A stretch of 64,000 bases of DNA from an uncultured Bacilli bacterium (GCA_958413985.1 CATYVZ010000004.1:9784-73783), one strand, 5' to 3'; shown: positions 48,953 to 59,952, counted from the stretch's first letter. The notes: a model not told the origin generated them from the letters alone. Translations and numbers: made by a program.

Positions 48953-50077
48953 ATGAAAGACATAATCTATCTTACTTTAAAAACAATTGATGGTAAAAAG
49001 TTATTTATAAGACCTGAACGTTTTTTTAAGGTAAAACAAGAATTGATCGAATTTTTAAAAGATGAAAGACATTTATGTACAAAAGCATTTGCAGAAACAG
49101 TCATGTTTTCTCAAGAGTTAAAAGCTAACAATCAAATTGAAGGATACGGGGATGATGTAGAAATAATAAAAAAAGTTATCACTCATACTCAAGATATCCA
49201 TGATAAAGATAAACGGCAAAGAATTTTAAATTTGTACCATGGTTATAATTACATTTTGAAAAATAAAGATATTAATAAAGATACATTAAAAAAACTATAT
49301 CATATTTTAAGTGAAGATTTACTAAAACCTAGTGATTTAGCTAGAATGGGTGAACATTATCGTAATGCTCCTGTTTATATTTTAAAACGTGGTCGCTTAG
49401 ATCTTGAGCCAGATCAAGGCGTTTTGGCTGATGAAATCGAAGATTATATGACCGATTACTTTAAATTTTTAAACAGTGAAATGGTCGGTGATATAACTGA
49501 TGAATATATTAAAAGTCAGATTCTGCATTACTATTTTGTCTATATTCATCCTTATTTTGATGTTAATGGCAGAACTAGTCGTACTTTAAGTATGTGGTAT
49601 TTAATCAATAAAAAAAGTTATCCATATATCATCTTTAATCGTGGGATTAGTTTCAAAGATAGTGAATACACCAAAGTTATTGAAGATGTTAAAACTTTTC
49701 ATGACTTGTCATATTTTATCGATTATATGTTGACAACAGTAAAAGTTGAATTAGAGAAAGAATATGTTATGCAGATAGAGGCTAATTTAGCTAGCGATAA
49801 ATTAACGGGAACCGATTATCAAACATTGCTTTATTTTTTGACGATGAAAGGATGCAAAACGGTACTAGATTTTGTCAATATGTATAATCGATTTAACGAT
49901 AAGAAAAAAGTTAAAGAAGTCTATGAAACTATGATAGTTCCTTTATTGGATAAAAAAATTTTAGATATCGAAAGAACAGCTAAAAAATATATGTTTCAAG
50001 ATAATAGAAATATCGTTTTAAAACTAAGAAACAAAGACGAAATATCTAGTGATAAAGTGAAAAGATTAGTTTTATAA
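48953..50077 (+). CDS. Fic family protein (Fic_N, Fic core, C-terminal winged-helix-like region)
   Basis: Fic motif variant HPYFDVNGRTSR. N-terminal inhibitory-helix-like NNQIEG. Confidence 0.85.
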   Translation: MKDIIYLTLKTIDGKKLFIRPERFFKVKQELIEFLKDERHLCTKAFAETVMFSQELKANNQIEGYGDDVEIIKKVITHTQDIHDKDKRQRILNLYHGYNYILKNKDINKDTLKKLYHILSEDLLKPSDLARMGEHYRNAPVYILKRGRLDLEPDQGVLADEIEDYMTDYFKFLNSEMVGDITDEYIKSQILHYYFVYIHPYFDVNGRTSRTLSMWYLINKKSYPYIIFNRGISFKDSEYTKVIEDVKTFHDLSYFIDYMLTTVKVELEKEYVMQIEANLASDKLTGTDYQTLLYFLTMKGCKTVLDFVNMYNRFNDKKKVKEVYETMIVPLLDKKILDIERTAKKYMFQDNRNIVLKLRNKDEISSDKVKRLVL

Positions 50078-50095
50078 AAAAGGAAAGTGATCAAA

Positions 50096-52264
50096 TTGAA
50101 AAAACCAGAATTATTATCGCCAGCCGGTAATTTTGAAAGTTTAAAAGCAGCTATTTTAGCGGGATGTGACGCTGTTTATTTGGCAGGAAAATTATTTGGA
50201 GCAAGAGCTTTTTCGGATAATTTTTCTAACGATGAATTGATCGAAGCTATTAAGTATGCCCATCTTTACGGCGTTAAAGTCTATGTCACTGTCAATACTT
50301 TAGTATTTGAAAATGAAGTCGATAAATTTATGAATTATATTGATTTCTTATATAAAAATAATGTCGATGCTTTAATTATTCAGGATATCGGCATGATGGA
50401 TTTAATTAGAAAAACTTATCCTTTATTAGAACTTCATGCTTCAACTCAAATGCACATTCATAACTTAGAAGGAGTTAAATTAATCGAAAGATTAGGATTA
50501 AAAAGAGTTGTTTTGGCTCGTGAATCTTCACTCCAATTAATTAAAGAAATAAAACAAAACACTAATATTGAATTAGAAATATTTATACATGGAGCTTTGT
50601 GCATCAGTTATTCAGGTCAATGTTTATTTAGTAGTTTAATTGGCAATCGTAGTGGCAATCGAGGTAGCTGTGCGGGAAGTTGTCGCCAAAAGTATAGTTT
50701 AATAGTCGACGATAAGAAAAAGAATAATCAAGAGTACTTATTAAGCACCAAAGATTTATGCACCTTAGAAAACATTGGTGAGCTAATCGACATTGGAGTC
50801 GACAGTTTAAAAATCGAAGGTAGAATGAAATCGCCAAGTTATGTTTATTTAGTGACTAAGATCTATCGTCAAGCCATCGATTCTTATATAGAAAATAAAA
50901 AAGTTAGCATTAACTTAGAAGAATTAAATGATTTAAAAAAGGTTTTCAACCGCAAATATACCAAAGGTTTTTTGTTTGGCGAAAAAGATATAGTTAATGC
51001 TTATCGTCCTAACCATTTAGGAATAGAAATAGGTAAGGTAATAAAATCGCAAAATAATTATGTTGATATTCTCCTTACAGATGATTTAAATATTAACGAT
51101 GGCATTAGATTTATCGAAGATGATATCGGCTTTATTGTAACGTCTTTATTTAAAAATAAAAAAAGGATCGATCACGGTACGAAAGGAGAAATTGTTTCGA
51201 TTTATTGTAAAAACAAAATAAGTAATACTAAAGTAGTAAAAACAACAGATTACCTATTAAACAAAAATATAGAAGCAACTTTAAGAGACAAAAGAAAAAT
51301 AAATATCGAAGGATCTTTAGAAGCTTGTTTAGATAAACCACTCAAATTAAAAATAACCGATGGCAACAATGAGGTAGAAGTAATAGGTAACAAAGTCGCA
51401 AAATCAATTAATCGTTCAATTAGTCGTGAGCGAATAGAAGAACAGTTAAATAAATTAGGTAAGACAATTTATAATTTTAATAGTTTGAAAATTAAAGTTG
51501 ACGAAGATGTTTTCATTTCATTAAAAGAATTAAACGATTTAAGAAATGAAGCTACTGATTTATTAAATGAAAAACGTCGTTATCAATATAAGTATTTAAA
51601 AGAAGAATATCAAATAAAATTACCTCAATTTAAAGAAGAACAAAACTATAATATTGCAATTTTTAATTTAGAACAGTACGACCAAATAAAAAACGATAAT
51701 TATAAATATATTTATATGGAACAAGATTTATATAATAATATAAAAGATGATAGAAAAGTTTTAAAGTTAAGTCGAGTTTTAGAACATCATCAGCTTTATT
51801 CTCAAAAATTATTGGTTGGGGAATTAGGTAGTTTATTTTATCGCGATATCTTAGCAGACTTTTCCTTTAATGTCACTAATTCTTATGCCGTTGCTTTTTT
51901 ACATAGCATGAATGTTTCCCAAGTCACTTTATCTTATGAATTAACTGACAGTCAAATTAAAGATCTAATTATAGCTTATCAAAAACGATATTTGAAACAT
52001 CCTAATTTAGAGTTGGTAGTCTATGGTGATTTAGAAGTTATGATTTCCAAATATAACTTCAACCAAAAATATCAGGGCAATAGTTTTACTTTAGAAGATC
52101 GATTCCATAATAAATATCCAATTATGATTAAACAAGGTTTAATGCATATTTATAATTATAAACGAAGAAATTATAAAGATACTGATAGGTATTTTGCAAT
52201 GGGCATTAACAATTTGCGTTATAATTTGGAATTGCCTTTATTATATAAAGATTTAGATCGTTGA
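50096..52264 (+). CDS. Double-length U32 family protein (peptidase U32 / Fe-S hydroxylase-type)
   Basis: KKPELLSPAG N-terminus. Cys motif CX6CX15CX3C (CISYSGQC...C..SC). TTG start at 50096 preferred, because the GTG at 50087 overlaps the SD. Confidence 0.82.
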   Translation: MKKPELLSPAGNFESLKAAILAGCDAVYLAGKLFGARAFSDNFSNDELIEAIKYAHLYGVKVYVTVNTLVFENEVDKFMNYIDFLYKNNVDALIIQDIGMMDLIRKTYPLLELHASTQMHIHNLEGVKLIERLGLKRVVLARESSLQLIKEIKQNTNIELEIFIHGALCISYSGQCLFSSLIGNRSGNRGSCAGSCRQKYSLIVDDKKKNNQEYLLSTKDLCTLENIGELIDIGVDSLKIEGRMKSPSYVYLVTKIYRQAIDSYIENKKVSINLEELNDLKKVFNRKYTKGFLFGEKDIVNAYRPNHLGIEIGKVIKSQNNYVDILLTDDLNINDGIRFIEDDIGFIVTSLFKNKKRIDHGTKGEIVSIYCKNKISNTKVVKTTDYLLNKNIEATLRDKRKINIEGSLEACLDKPLKLKITDGNNEVEVIGNKVAKSINRSISRERIEEQLNKLGKTIYNFNSLKIKVDEDVFISLKELNDLRNEATDLLNEKRRYQYKYLKEEYQIKLPQFKEEQNYNIAIFNLEQYDQIKNDNYKYIYMEQDLYNNIKDDRKVLKLSRVLEHHQLYSQKLLVGELGSLFYRDILADFSFNVTNSYAVAFLHSMNVSQVTLSYELTDSQIKDLIIAYQKRYLKHPNLELVVYGDLEVMISKYNFNQKYQGNSFTLEDRFHNKYPIMIKQGLMHIYNYKRRNYKDTDRYFAMGINNLRYNLELPLLYKDLDR

Positions 52265-52285
52265 TATTTCAAACGATCTTTTTTG
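52255..52285 (+). terminator. Rho-independent terminator after the U32 gene
   Basis: AGATCGTT-gatatttca-AACGATCT followed by a T run. Confidence 0.75.
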
Positions 52286-52352
52286 TTGCAAATAACAAGT
52301 TATCGAATAATCATATAGAGAATAAAAAAATAAAAAAATTAATAAAAAAGCC

Positions 52353-52381
52353 TTGATTTTCATATATTTTTACTGTATAAT
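52353..52381 (+). promoter_or_regulatory. Sigma-A promoter of the S10 operon
   Basis: TTGATT, 17 nt spacer, TATAAT. Confidence 0.65.
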
Positions 52382-52510
52382 TTTGAATGTGTGACTGCGG
52401 GGATGTGCAAGGTTGTCGATACGCCAGGTTAAGTTGAAAAGCAAAACAAGGCAAATCGGGTTATTTGCGCGGAGTATGTCTATACGTGATATAGGCGAAG
52501 GGAGGATATT
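52382..52510 (+). promoter_or_regulatory. GC-enriched 5' leader of rpsJ, candidate structured regulatory RNA
   Basis: About 125 nt between the promoter and the rpsJ ATG, visibly GC-richer than its surroundings. Local hairpins GCAAAT-cgggtt-ATTTGC and CTATA-cgtga-TATAG. Confidence 0.35.
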
Positions 52511-52819
52511 ATGTCTAAAGAAAAAGTTCGTATTCGGTTGAAAGCATTTGAACACAAGTCACTAGATAAGGCTTGCATGAAGATTGTCGAAACAGTAAAA
52601 AGAACTGGTGGCGAAGTTAAAGGACCAATTCCGCTACCAACAGAAATCGAAAAAATAACAATTTTGAGAGCTGTTCATAAATATAAAGACAGTCGTGAAC
52701 AGTTTGAAAAAAGAACACACAAAAGACTAATTGATATCAAAAACCCAAGTAAGGAAACTATTGAGGCACTAACTCATTTAGATATTCCAAGTGGTGTTGA
52801 TATTCAAATTAAAATGTAG
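52511..52819 (+). CDS. rpsJ: 30S ribosomal protein S10
   Basis: Sequence and operon position. Confidence 0.98.
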   Translation: MSKEKVRIRLKAFEHKSLDKACMKIVETVKRTGGEVKGPIPLPTEIEKITILRAVHKYKDSREQFEKRTHKRLIDIKNPSKETIEALTHLDIPSGVDIQIKM

Positions 52820-52830
52820 GAGGAGAAATC

Positions 52831-53598
52831 ATGAAAGTAAAAGGAATCTTAGGTCGTAAAATTGGAATGACGCAAGTATTTACAAATTCTGGTAAATTGA
52901 TTCCCGTAACAGTAGTATCTGTTGAACCTAACATTATTACTCAAATCAAAACAAAAGAAACAGATGGCTATGAAGCGATTCAATTAGGATTTGATACAAA
53001 ACGTGAAAAGTTAGCGACAAAAGCTAGTGTTGGACATACCAACAAAGCAAACACTACACCTAAGCGCTTCTTTAAAGAAATTAAAGGTGTAGATATCAAC
53101 GATTATTCTCTTGGTCAAGAAATAAAAGTCGATATTTTTGAAGCGGGAGAAGTCGTCGATGTAACAGGAACCACTAAAGGTAAAGGTTTCCAAGGTGTTA
53201 TTAAAAGACATAACCAATCAAGAGGACCTATGGGACATGGGTCACATTATCATAGAAAACCAGGTTCAATGGGTACAATGCGACCAATGCGTGTATTCAA
53301 AGGTAAAAAATTACCAGGTCATATGGGAACACTTACTGTTACCATCCAAAATTTAGAAATAATAGCTGTCGATTTAGAGAACAACTGTTTATTAGTTAAA
53401 GGAAATGTACCAGGCGCAAAAAATAGTTTAGTAATTATCAAATCAGCAGTTAAAGGTAATGGCAAAGTAAACAAGGTAGAAGAATTAATTTCATATGAAA
53501 CTATCGAAACTGTTCCAAACGATGAAGTAAAAGACTTAGAACCTGCCGCAGAAAATGCTTTAGAAAACTCTGAAGCAAGCGAAAGCGAGGAGGCATAA
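52831..53598 (+). CDS. rplC: 50S ribosomal protein L3 (with an acidic C-terminal extension)
   Basis: Sequence and operon position. Confidence 0.97.
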   Translation: MKVKGILGRKIGMTQVFTNSGKLIPVTVVSVEPNIITQIKTKETDGYEAIQLGFDTKREKLATKASVGHTNKANTTPKRFFKEIKGVDINDYSLGQEIKVDIFEAGEVVDVTGTTKGKGFQGVIKRHNQSRGPMGHGSHYHRKPGSMGTMRPMRVFKGKKLPGHMGTLTVTIQNLEIIAVDLENNCLLVKGNVPGAKNSLVIIKSAVKGNGKVNKVEELISYETIETVPNDEVKDLEPAAENALENSEASESEEA

Positions 53599-53599
53599 C

Positions 53600-54220
53600 A
53601 TGGAAAAAATGCAAATTTTAAACACTAATGGTGAAAAAGTTAGCGATATTAATTTAAACAAAGAAATTTGGAATATTGAACCAAATGATACTGTTTTATA
53701 TGATGCTTTAAGATTAGCTAGAAATAATTCCCGCCAAGGAACTGCTGATACAAAAACTAGAAGTGAAGTATCAGGTGGTGGCCGTAAACCATGGCGTCAA
53801 AAAGGAACTGGTCGTGCAAGACAAGGTTCTACTAGAGCGCCACATTGGCCAGGTGGTGGTGTTGTTTTTGGACCACATCCAAGAAGCTATGCTATCAAAA
53901 TGAATCGTAAAGAACGTCGTTTGGCTTTAAAATCAGCTTTAGCTTATAAGACAATCGAAAGCAAATTAATCGTTGTCGACAAGTTAGAAGTATCAAATAA
54001 AACAAAAGACATGAAAGCGATTCTAAACAATTTAAAAGCGAACAAAAAAGTTTTAATCGTTGTCGATGAATTAAACGATAATTTAATTTTAAGTAGCCGT
54101 AATCTTAATAATGTATTGTTACTTAGCGTTGATGAAATCAATACTTTTGATGTCGTTTATGCTGATACGATGATCATTACTGAAAAAGCGGTTAAACAAT
54201 TAGAGGAGGTGCTTGTTTAA
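53600..54220 (+). CDS. rplD: 50S ribosomal protein L4
   Basis: Sequence and operon position. Confidence 0.97.
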   Translation: MEKMQILNTNGEKVSDINLNKEIWNIEPNDTVLYDALRLARNNSRQGTADTKTRSEVSGGGRKPWRQKGTGRARQGSTRAPHWPGGGVVFGPHPRSYAIKMNRKERRLALKSALAYKTIESKLIVVDKLEVSNKTKDMKAILNNLKANKKVLIVVDELNDNLILSSRNLNNVLLLSVDEINTFDVVYADTMIITEKAVKQLEEVLV

Positions 54221-54501
54221 TGCAAAATTATAGAGACATTATTAAAGGCCCTATCATGACTGAAAAGTCATCAGATTTAGCGCAAAATAAAAACACTATT
54301 ACATTTAGTGTCGATCCAAAAGCAAACAAAATTCAAATTAAGCAAGCAATCGAAAAAATTTTTGACGTTAAAGTGGAAAGTGTAAACACAGTATCTGTAA
54401 GACCAAGAAAAAAAAGAGTTGGTAAGTATAGTGGTTACACAAATAAAGTAAAGAAAGCTATCGTCAAATTAAAAGATGGAAGTTCAATCGAACTAAACTA
54501 A
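54220..54501 (+). CDS. rplW: 50S ribosomal protein L23
   Basis: Sequence and operon position. Confidence 0.97.
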   Translation: MQNYRDIIKGPIMTEKSSDLAQNKNTITFSVDPKANKIQIKQAIEKIFDVKVESVNTVSVRPRKKRVGKYSGYTNKVKKAIVKLKDGSSIELN

Positions 54502-54514
54502 TAAGGAGGATATT

Positions 54515-55345
54515 ATGGCAGTTAAAACATATAAAGCAATGACTAATGGGACACGTGGCATGTCAACTATTATTAATGATGAAGTCACTAAAACTACTCC
54601 TGAAAAATCATTGACTGTTACTTTAACTAAAAAAGGTGGACGTAATAACCAAGGAAAAATAACTGTTCGTCATCGTGGTGGTGGAGCAAAAAGAAAATAC
54701 CGCATCATCGATTTTAAAAGAGATAAAGACGGCGTTATTGGCACAGTTGCTGCGATCGAGTACGATCCAAACAGAACATCAAACATTGCATTAATCAATT
54801 ATGCTGATGGTGAAAAAAGATATATAATTGCTCCTAAAGGATTAAAAGTTGGTATGAAAATTGAATCAGGTGAAAATGCTGATATCAAAGTTGGTAACAA
54901 CCTACCACTTAATAAAATGCCAGAAGGAACAATGGTTCACAATGTTGAATTAAAAGCAGGTAAAGGTGGACAGTTAGCGCGTTCAGCAGGAAGTGCTGTT
55001 CAAATCTTGGGATTTGAAGGAAAATATGCATTGTTAAGATTGACAAGTGGCGAAGTTAGAAAAGTTATTAGTACTAATCGTGCTACGATTGGTGAAGTAG
55101 GAAACGAAGACCATGAATTAGTTAAATTAGGAAAAGCCGGAAGAAAAAGACATATGGGCATCAAACCAACCGTTCGTGGTTCGGTTATGAACCCTAACGA
55201 TCACCCACATGGTGGTGGTGAAGGTCGTGCACCAATCGGTCGTAAAGGACCAGTTACACCTTGGGGTAAACCAGCCCTTGGTTACAAGACACGTAAAAAT
55301 AAGAAAAGTAGCGACAAATTAATAGTACGTCGCCGTAAAAAATAA
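54515..55345 (+). CDS. rplB: 50S ribosomal protein L2
   Basis: Sequence and operon position. Confidence 0.98.
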   Translation: MAVKTYKAMTNGTRGMSTIINDEVTKTTPEKSLTVTLTKKGGRNNQGKITVRHRGGGAKRKYRIIDFKRDKDGVIGTVAAIEYDPNRTSNIALINYADGEKRYIIAPKGLKVGMKIESGENADIKVGNNLPLNKMPEGTMVHNVELKAGKGGQLARSAGSAVQILGFEGKYALLRLTSGEVRKVISTNRATIGEVGNEDHELVKLGKAGRKRHMGIKPTVRGSVMNPNDHPHGGGEGRAPIGRKGPVTPWGKPALGYKTRKNKKSSDKLIVRRRKK

Positions 55346-55362
55346 TTGAAAGGATTGATTAG

Positions 55363-55635
55363 ATGGCAAGAAGTTTAAAAAAAGGTCCTTTTGTTGATGA
55401 AAGCTTGATGAAAAAAGTAAAGGCAGTTAACGAAAGCGGCAAAAAAGAAGTTATAAAAACATGGTCTCGCCGTTCGACAATATATCCTGAATTTATCGGA
55501 CACACATTCGCTGTTCATAATGGTAAAGAATTTATTCCGGTTTATGTAACAGAAGATATGGTTGGACATAAATTGGGCGAATTCTCACCAACACGTAAAT
55601 TTGGTGGACACGGTGAAGATAAAGGTAAACAATAA
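55363..55635 (+). CDS. rpsS: 30S ribosomal protein S19
   Basis: Sequence and operon position. Confidence 0.98.
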   Translation: MARSLKKGPFVDESLMKKVKAVNESGKKEVIKTWSRRSTIYPEFIGHTFAVHNGKEFIPVYVTEDMVGHKLGEFSPTRKFGGHGEDKGKQ

Positions 55636-55655
55636 CCAAGAAGGGAGAATATCAA

Positions 55656-55991
55656 ATGGAAGCAAGAGCTATCGCTAAAAATGTAAGAATAGCCCCTCGT
55701 AAAGCGCGTTTAGTTATCGATTTGATTCGCGGAAAAAGTGTTTCAGAAGCTGATGTTATTTTATCTAACATCAACAAAGAAGCTGCTAGATTAATCAAAA
55801 AAGTTTTAACTAGCGCCACAGCAAATGCTACTAATAATTTAGGAGCGAACAAAGAAGATCTAAAAGTAAAAGAAGCCTATATCGATGAAGGCTTAGTAAT
55901 GAAAAGAATGAAATTTGGTTCTCGTGGTCATGTCGATCCTATTAAAAAGAGAACTAGCCACATTACAGTTGTTGTAAGTGATAATAAGTAA
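55656..55991 (+). CDS. rplV: 50S ribosomal protein L22
   Basis: Sequence and operon position. Confidence 0.97.
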   Translation: MEARAIAKNVRIAPRKARLVIDLIRGKSVSEADVILSNINKEAARLIKKVLTSATANATNNLGANKEDLKVKEAYIDEGLVMKRMKFGSRGHVDPIKKRTSHITVVVSDNK

Positions 55992-56008
55992 AGAAAGGTG
56001 GGAAAAAC

Positions 56009-56689
56009 GTGGGTCAAAAAGTTAGTCCAATCGGACTTCGTGTTGGAATCAATAAAACTTGGGAGTCAACTTGGTATGCAGGAAACAAAGATTTTTCTAA
56101 GTATTTGTTGAATGATAATAAGATTCGTAAATATCTAAGTAAAAAGTTAAAAGATGCATCAGTTGCTAGCGTTTTAATTGAAAGAACCGCAAAAAAGACC
56201 GATGTAATTATCAATACCGCCAAACCGGGTGTCGTAATTGGCCATGGTGGCGAGGAAATTGAAAAATTAAAGAAAGAATTGAACAAATTGGTGGATGAAG
56301 ATATTCAAATTTCTATTATGGAAATTAAAAAGCCAGATTTGGTTGCAGCTTTAGTAGCTGAAAATATCGCACACCAAATTGAAAACCGTGTATCATTTCG
56401 TATCGCTCAAAAAAGAGCTATTAGAAACGTAATGAAAGCTGGAGCAAAAGGAATTAAAACTGCTGTATCAGGACGTTTAGGTGGAGCTGATATGGCTAGA
56501 ACGGAAGGCTATACAGAAGGAACAATTCCATTACATACTTTAAGAGCTGATGTTGATTATGCACATAAGGAAGCTAATACTACATACGGTAAGATCGGGG
56601 TTAAAGTATGGATTTATAAAGGCGAAATTTTAGGTTCAGCCGATGATAAGGGAGGTATGAAAGATGGCCGTAATACCAAAAAGAACTAA
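56009..56689 (+). CDS. rpsC: 30S ribosomal protein S3
   Basis: GTG start after [26 protein letters not shown]-terminus. Confidence 0.97.
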   Translation: MGQKVSPIGLRVGINKTWESTWYAGNKDFSKYLLNDNKIRKYLSKKLKDASVASVLIERTAKKTDVIINTAKPGVVIGHGGEEIEKLKKELNKLVDEDIQISIMEIKKPDLVAALVAENIAHQIENRVSFRIAQKRAIRNVMKAGAKGIKTAVSGRLGGADMARTEGYTEGTIPLHTLRADVDYAHKEANTTYGKIGVKVWIYKGEILGSADDKGGMKDGRNTKKN

Positions 56690-57092
56690 GTATAGACGTC
56701 CACATAGATTACCTTATGATGGATTAGCCAAAGGTAATACCGAGTTACATTTTGGTGAATATGGGTTACAAGCTTTAGAAGGAGCTTGGATAACTCAACA
56801 ACAAATTGAAGCAGCACGTGTTGCAATGACTCGTTATATGAAACGTGGTGGAAAAGTATGGATCAATATTTTCCCACACTTATCATTGACAAAGATACCT
56901 TTAGAAACTCGTATGGGTAAAGGTAAAGGACAACCAGAAGTCTGGGTGGCTGTTGTCAAGAAAAATAAAATTTTATTTGAAATTGCTGGTGTTTCAGAAG
57001 ATGTTGCTAGAGAAGCATTAAGACTTGCAATGCACAAATTACCAATTAAATGTAAATTTGTAAAAAAGGATGGTGAAAAACGTGAAAACTAA
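56664..57092 (+). CDS. rplP: 50S ribosomal protein L16
   Basis: [13 protein letters not shown]-terminus. SD AAGGGAGG 7 nt upstream. 26-nt overlap with rpsC. Confidence 0.96.
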   Translation: MAVIPKRTKYRRPHRLPYDGLAKGNTELHFGEYGLQALEGAWITQQQIEAARVAMTRYMKRGGKVWINIFPHLSLTKIPLETRMGKGKGQPEVWVAVVKKNKILFEIAGVSEDVAREALRLAMHKLPIKCKFVKKDGEKREN

Positions 57093-57276
57093 AGATATTA
57101 GAGAAATGTCAACTGAAGAATTGAACAAAAAAATAGCTGAATATAAAGAAGAATTATTTAATTTGCGTTTTAGCCAAGCAACTGGAAATCTTGAAAAACC
57201 TTCAAGAATTAAAGAATTGAGAAAGTTAGTCGCTAAGATGAAAACTATCATCCGTGAACGCGAACTAAATAACTAG
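57070..57276 (+). CDS. rpmC: 50S ribosomal protein L29
   Basis: [14 protein letters not shown]. Start may be the GTG at 57082. Confidence 0.95.
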   Translation: MVKNVKTKDIREMSTEELNKKIAEYKEELFNLRFSQATGNLEKPSRIKELRKLVAKMKTIIRERELNN

Positions 57277-57286
57277 GAGGTAATTT

Positions 57287-57538
57287 ATGAACAAACATGA
57301 ATTAATTGGTAAAGTAGTTAGTAATGCAAGTGATAAAACAATCACAGTATTAATTGAAACATACAAAAAAGATAATAAATATGGAAAACGTGTTAAATAT
57401 TCTAAGAAATATGCAGCACATGATCCAAAAAACGAAGCAGTCGTTGGCGATACTGTTCGTATCCAAGAAACAAGACCACTATCTAAAACTAAACATTATC
57501 GCTTAGTTGAAGTGGTAGAAAAAGCAATTATTTTATAA
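57287..57538 (+). CDS. rpsQ: 30S ribosomal protein S17
   Basis: Sequence and operon position. Confidence 0.97.
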   Translation: MNKHELIGKVVSNASDKTITVLIETYKKDNKYGKRVKYSKKYAAHDPKNEAVVGDTVRIQETRPLSKTKHYRLVEVVEKAIIL

Positions 57539-57563
57539 TTGTTAATTATAAGGAGGATTAATT

Positions 57564-57932
57564 ATGATTCAACAAGAAAGTCGTCTTAAAGTTGCCGACA
57601 ATTCAGGTGCTCGAGAAATTTCTGTTATTCGTGTTCTTGGTGGAAGCAAAGTTAAGACTGGTAATATTGGTGATATAATTGTTGGAACTGTCAAAAAAGC
57701 AACTCCTAACGGAACAGTAGGAAAAGGAAAAGTTGTCAAGGCTGTTATCGTTAGAAGTAAGTTTGGATTAAGACGTGAAGATGGATCTTACATTAAGTTC
57801 GATGATAATGCTTGTGTTATTATTAAAGATGATAAAAGTCCAATCGGAACTCGTGTTTTTGGTCCAATAGCACGTGAATTACGTGATAAAGATTTCATGA
57901 AAATTGTATCACTAGCTAAAGAAGTGTTATAG
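57564..57932 (+). CDS. rplN: 50S ribosomal protein L14
   Basis: [17 protein letters not shown]-terminus. Confidence 0.98.
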   Translation: MIQQESRLKVADNSGAREISVIRVLGGSKVKTGNIGDIIVGTVKKATPNGTVGKGKVVKAVIVRSKFGLRREDGSYIKFDDNACVIIKDDKSPIGTRVFGPIARELRDKDFMKIVSLAKEVL

Positions 57933-57941
57933 GAGGAAACT

Positions 57942-58250
57942 ATGAAATTAAAAACAGGAGATAAAGTAGTTGTTATCGCCGGAAAGAGTAAAGGAAAAGA
58001 AGGAACTATTATCAGCGTTTTAAAAGATGAAAATAAAGTAGTTGTCGAAGGCGTTAATATGATAAAAAAACATATCAAACCTAATGGACAACAATCTGGG
58101 TCAATCGTCGAAAAAGAAGCACCAATTCATATGTCGAACGTTATGATAGTAGATCCAAAAACAAAGAAAGCTACTCGCATAGGCCATACTACCAATAAAG
58201 CAGGAAAAAAGGTTAGAGTTGCTATAAAATCTAACACTAATCTTGATTAA
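57942..58250 (+). CDS. rplX: 50S ribosomal protein L24
   Basis: Sequence and operon position. Confidence 0.97.
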   Translation: MKLKTGDKVVVIAGKSKGKEGTIISVLKDENKVVVEGVNMIKKHIKPNGQQSGSIVEKEAPIHMSNVMIVDPKTKKATRIGHTTNKAGKKVRVAIKSNTNLD

Positions 58251-58264
58251 GGAAGGAGGGTATT

Positions 58265-58804
58265 ATGAACCGCCTAAAAGAGAAATATAAAAATGAAATT
58301 GTAAAAGATTTACAAAACAAATATAACTATAAAAGTATTATGGAAGTTCCAAAATTAGATAAAATCGTCGTTAATATGGGCGTTGGTGATGCATCACATA
58401 ACAGTAAAATGTTAGAAGCTGCAATGAAAGATCTAGAAATAATAACTGGTCAAAAAGCAGTAGCTACCAAAGCAAAAAAAGCGATTGCTGGATTTAAGAT
58501 AAGAGAAGGTCAAGCTATCGGTTGCAAAGTAACTTTGCGTGGCGAAAACATGTATAATTTTTTAGATAAATTAATCAGTATTACGTTGCCTCGAGTTAGG
58601 GATTTTAGAGGTTTATCTAACAAATCTTTCGATGGTCGCGGTAATTATACGTTAGGATTAACCGAACAATTAATATTCTCTGAAATTAATTATGATGATG
58701 TTGTTAAAGTAAGAGGTATGGATATTGTGTTCGTAACAACGGCTAAAACTAATGAAGAAGCACATGATCTATTAAAAGGTTTTGGAATGCCATTTAAAAA
58801 ATAG
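58265..58804 (+). CDS. rplE: 50S ribosomal protein L5
   Basis: Sequence and operon position. Confidence 0.98.
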   Translation: MNRLKEKYKNEIVKDLQNKYNYKSIMEVPKLDKIVVNMGVGDASHNSKMLEAAMKDLEIITGQKAVATKAKKAIAGFKIREGQAIGCKVTLRGENMYNFLDKLISITLPRVRDFRGLSNKSFDGRGNYTLGLTEQLIFSEINYDDVVKVRGMDIVFVTTAKTNEEAHDLLKGFGMPFKK

Positions 58805-58813
58805 GAGGAGATT

Positions 58814-58999
58814 ATGGCTAAAAAAAGTATGATTATTAAAGCTAATCGTAAACCAAAATACAAAGTTCGTGCTTACACAAGATGTAATATCTGTGGAAGA
58901 CCGCACGCTGTACTTAAAAAATATGGAATTTGTAGAATTTGTTTTAGAGAATTAGCTTACAAAGGACAAATACCAGGTGTTAAAAAATCAAGTTGGTAA
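58814..58999 (+). CDS. rpsN: 30S ribosomal protein S14 type Z (zinc-binding, 61 aa)
   Basis: CNICGRP ... CRICFRE, two CxxC pairs. Confidence 0.97.
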   Translation: MAKKSMIIKANRKPKYKVRAYTRCNICGRPHAVLKKYGICRICFRELAYKGQIPGVKKSSW

Positions 59000-59014
59000 G
59001 AAAAGGAGGATTAT

Positions 59015-59407
59015 ATGGTAACAGATCCAATCGCTGATATGCTTACGAGAATTCGTAATGCGAACGCTATGCGATATAAAGAAGTTGAAATCCCTCATTC
59101 AAAAGTAAAATTAGAAATTGCTAAAATTTTGAAAAATGAAGGTTTTATCAACGATTATAAAGTTAAGAAAAATAATGTCCAAGATATTATCGTTTTAAGT
59201 TTAAAATACGATAATAAAGAAAGAGTTATTACAGGGTTGAAAAGAATATCAAAACCAGGATTAAGAGTATATGCTAAATCTAGCGAAATACCAAGAGTTT
59301 TAAATGGTTTAGGTATTGCAATCATCTCAACATCACAGGGAATTATGACAGGTAAAGATGCTAAAGCTGCTAATTTAGGTGGCGAAGTGTTAGCTTATAT
59401 TTGGTAG
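59015..59407 (+). CDS. rpsH: 30S ribosomal protein S8
   Basis: [14 protein letters not shown]. Confidence 0.98.
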   Translation: MVTDPIADMLTRIRNANAMRYKEVEIPHSKVKLEIAKILKNEGFINDYKVKKNNVQDIIVLSLKYDNKERVITGLKRISKPGLRVYAKSSEIPRVLNGLGIAIISTSQGIMTGKDAKAANLGGEVLAYIW

Positions 59408-59421
59408 AAAGGAATGAAATT

Positions 59422-59952
59422 ATGAGTCGTATAGGGAATCGAGTATTAACTATTCCTAATGGTGTAACTTTAACAGTTTTAGATGATAAAGTAACAGTTA
59501 AAGGTCCTAAAGGTGAACTTTCTACTGATATTAATAAACATATAACTGTCGAAGTTAACAATGAAGAAGTAGTTATTAAACGAGAAAACGATAATTATAA
59601 AAATCTTCATGGTACTGTTAATGCTAATCTTAAAAATATGATTACTGGCGTAAGTGTTGGTTTTGAAAAAAAATTGGAAGCTGTTGGTGTTGGCTATCGT
59701 TTTGCTTTAAAAGGTAATGATTTAGTTGTAACTGCTGGTTTCTCACATCCAGTTGAAATTAAAGTTCCAGAAGGAATTAAATTGGAAGTTCCAAGTACAA
59801 CTGAATTGTTCGTAAAAGGTGCCGACAAGCAATTAGTTGGCGAATTTGCAGCTAATGTTCGTAAAATCAGACCTCCTGAGCCTTATAAAGGTAAAGGAAT
59901 TCGTTATAGTGGCGAACATATTATTCGCAAAGTTGGAAAGAAAGCTGCTTAA
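59422..59952 (+). CDS. rplF: 50S ribosomal protein L6
   Basis: MSRIGNRVLTIP at the ATG at 59422; the track start 59401 is a TTG overlapping rpsH. Confidence 0.97.
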   Translation: MSRIGNRVLTIPNGVTLTVLDDKVTVKGPKGELSTDINKHITVEVNNEEVVIKRENDNYKNLHGTVNANLKNMITGVSVGFEKKLEAVGVGYRFALKGNDLVVTAGFSHPVEIKVPEGIKLEVPSTTELFVKGADKQLVGEFAANVRKIRPPEPYKGKGIRYSGEHIIRKVGKKAA

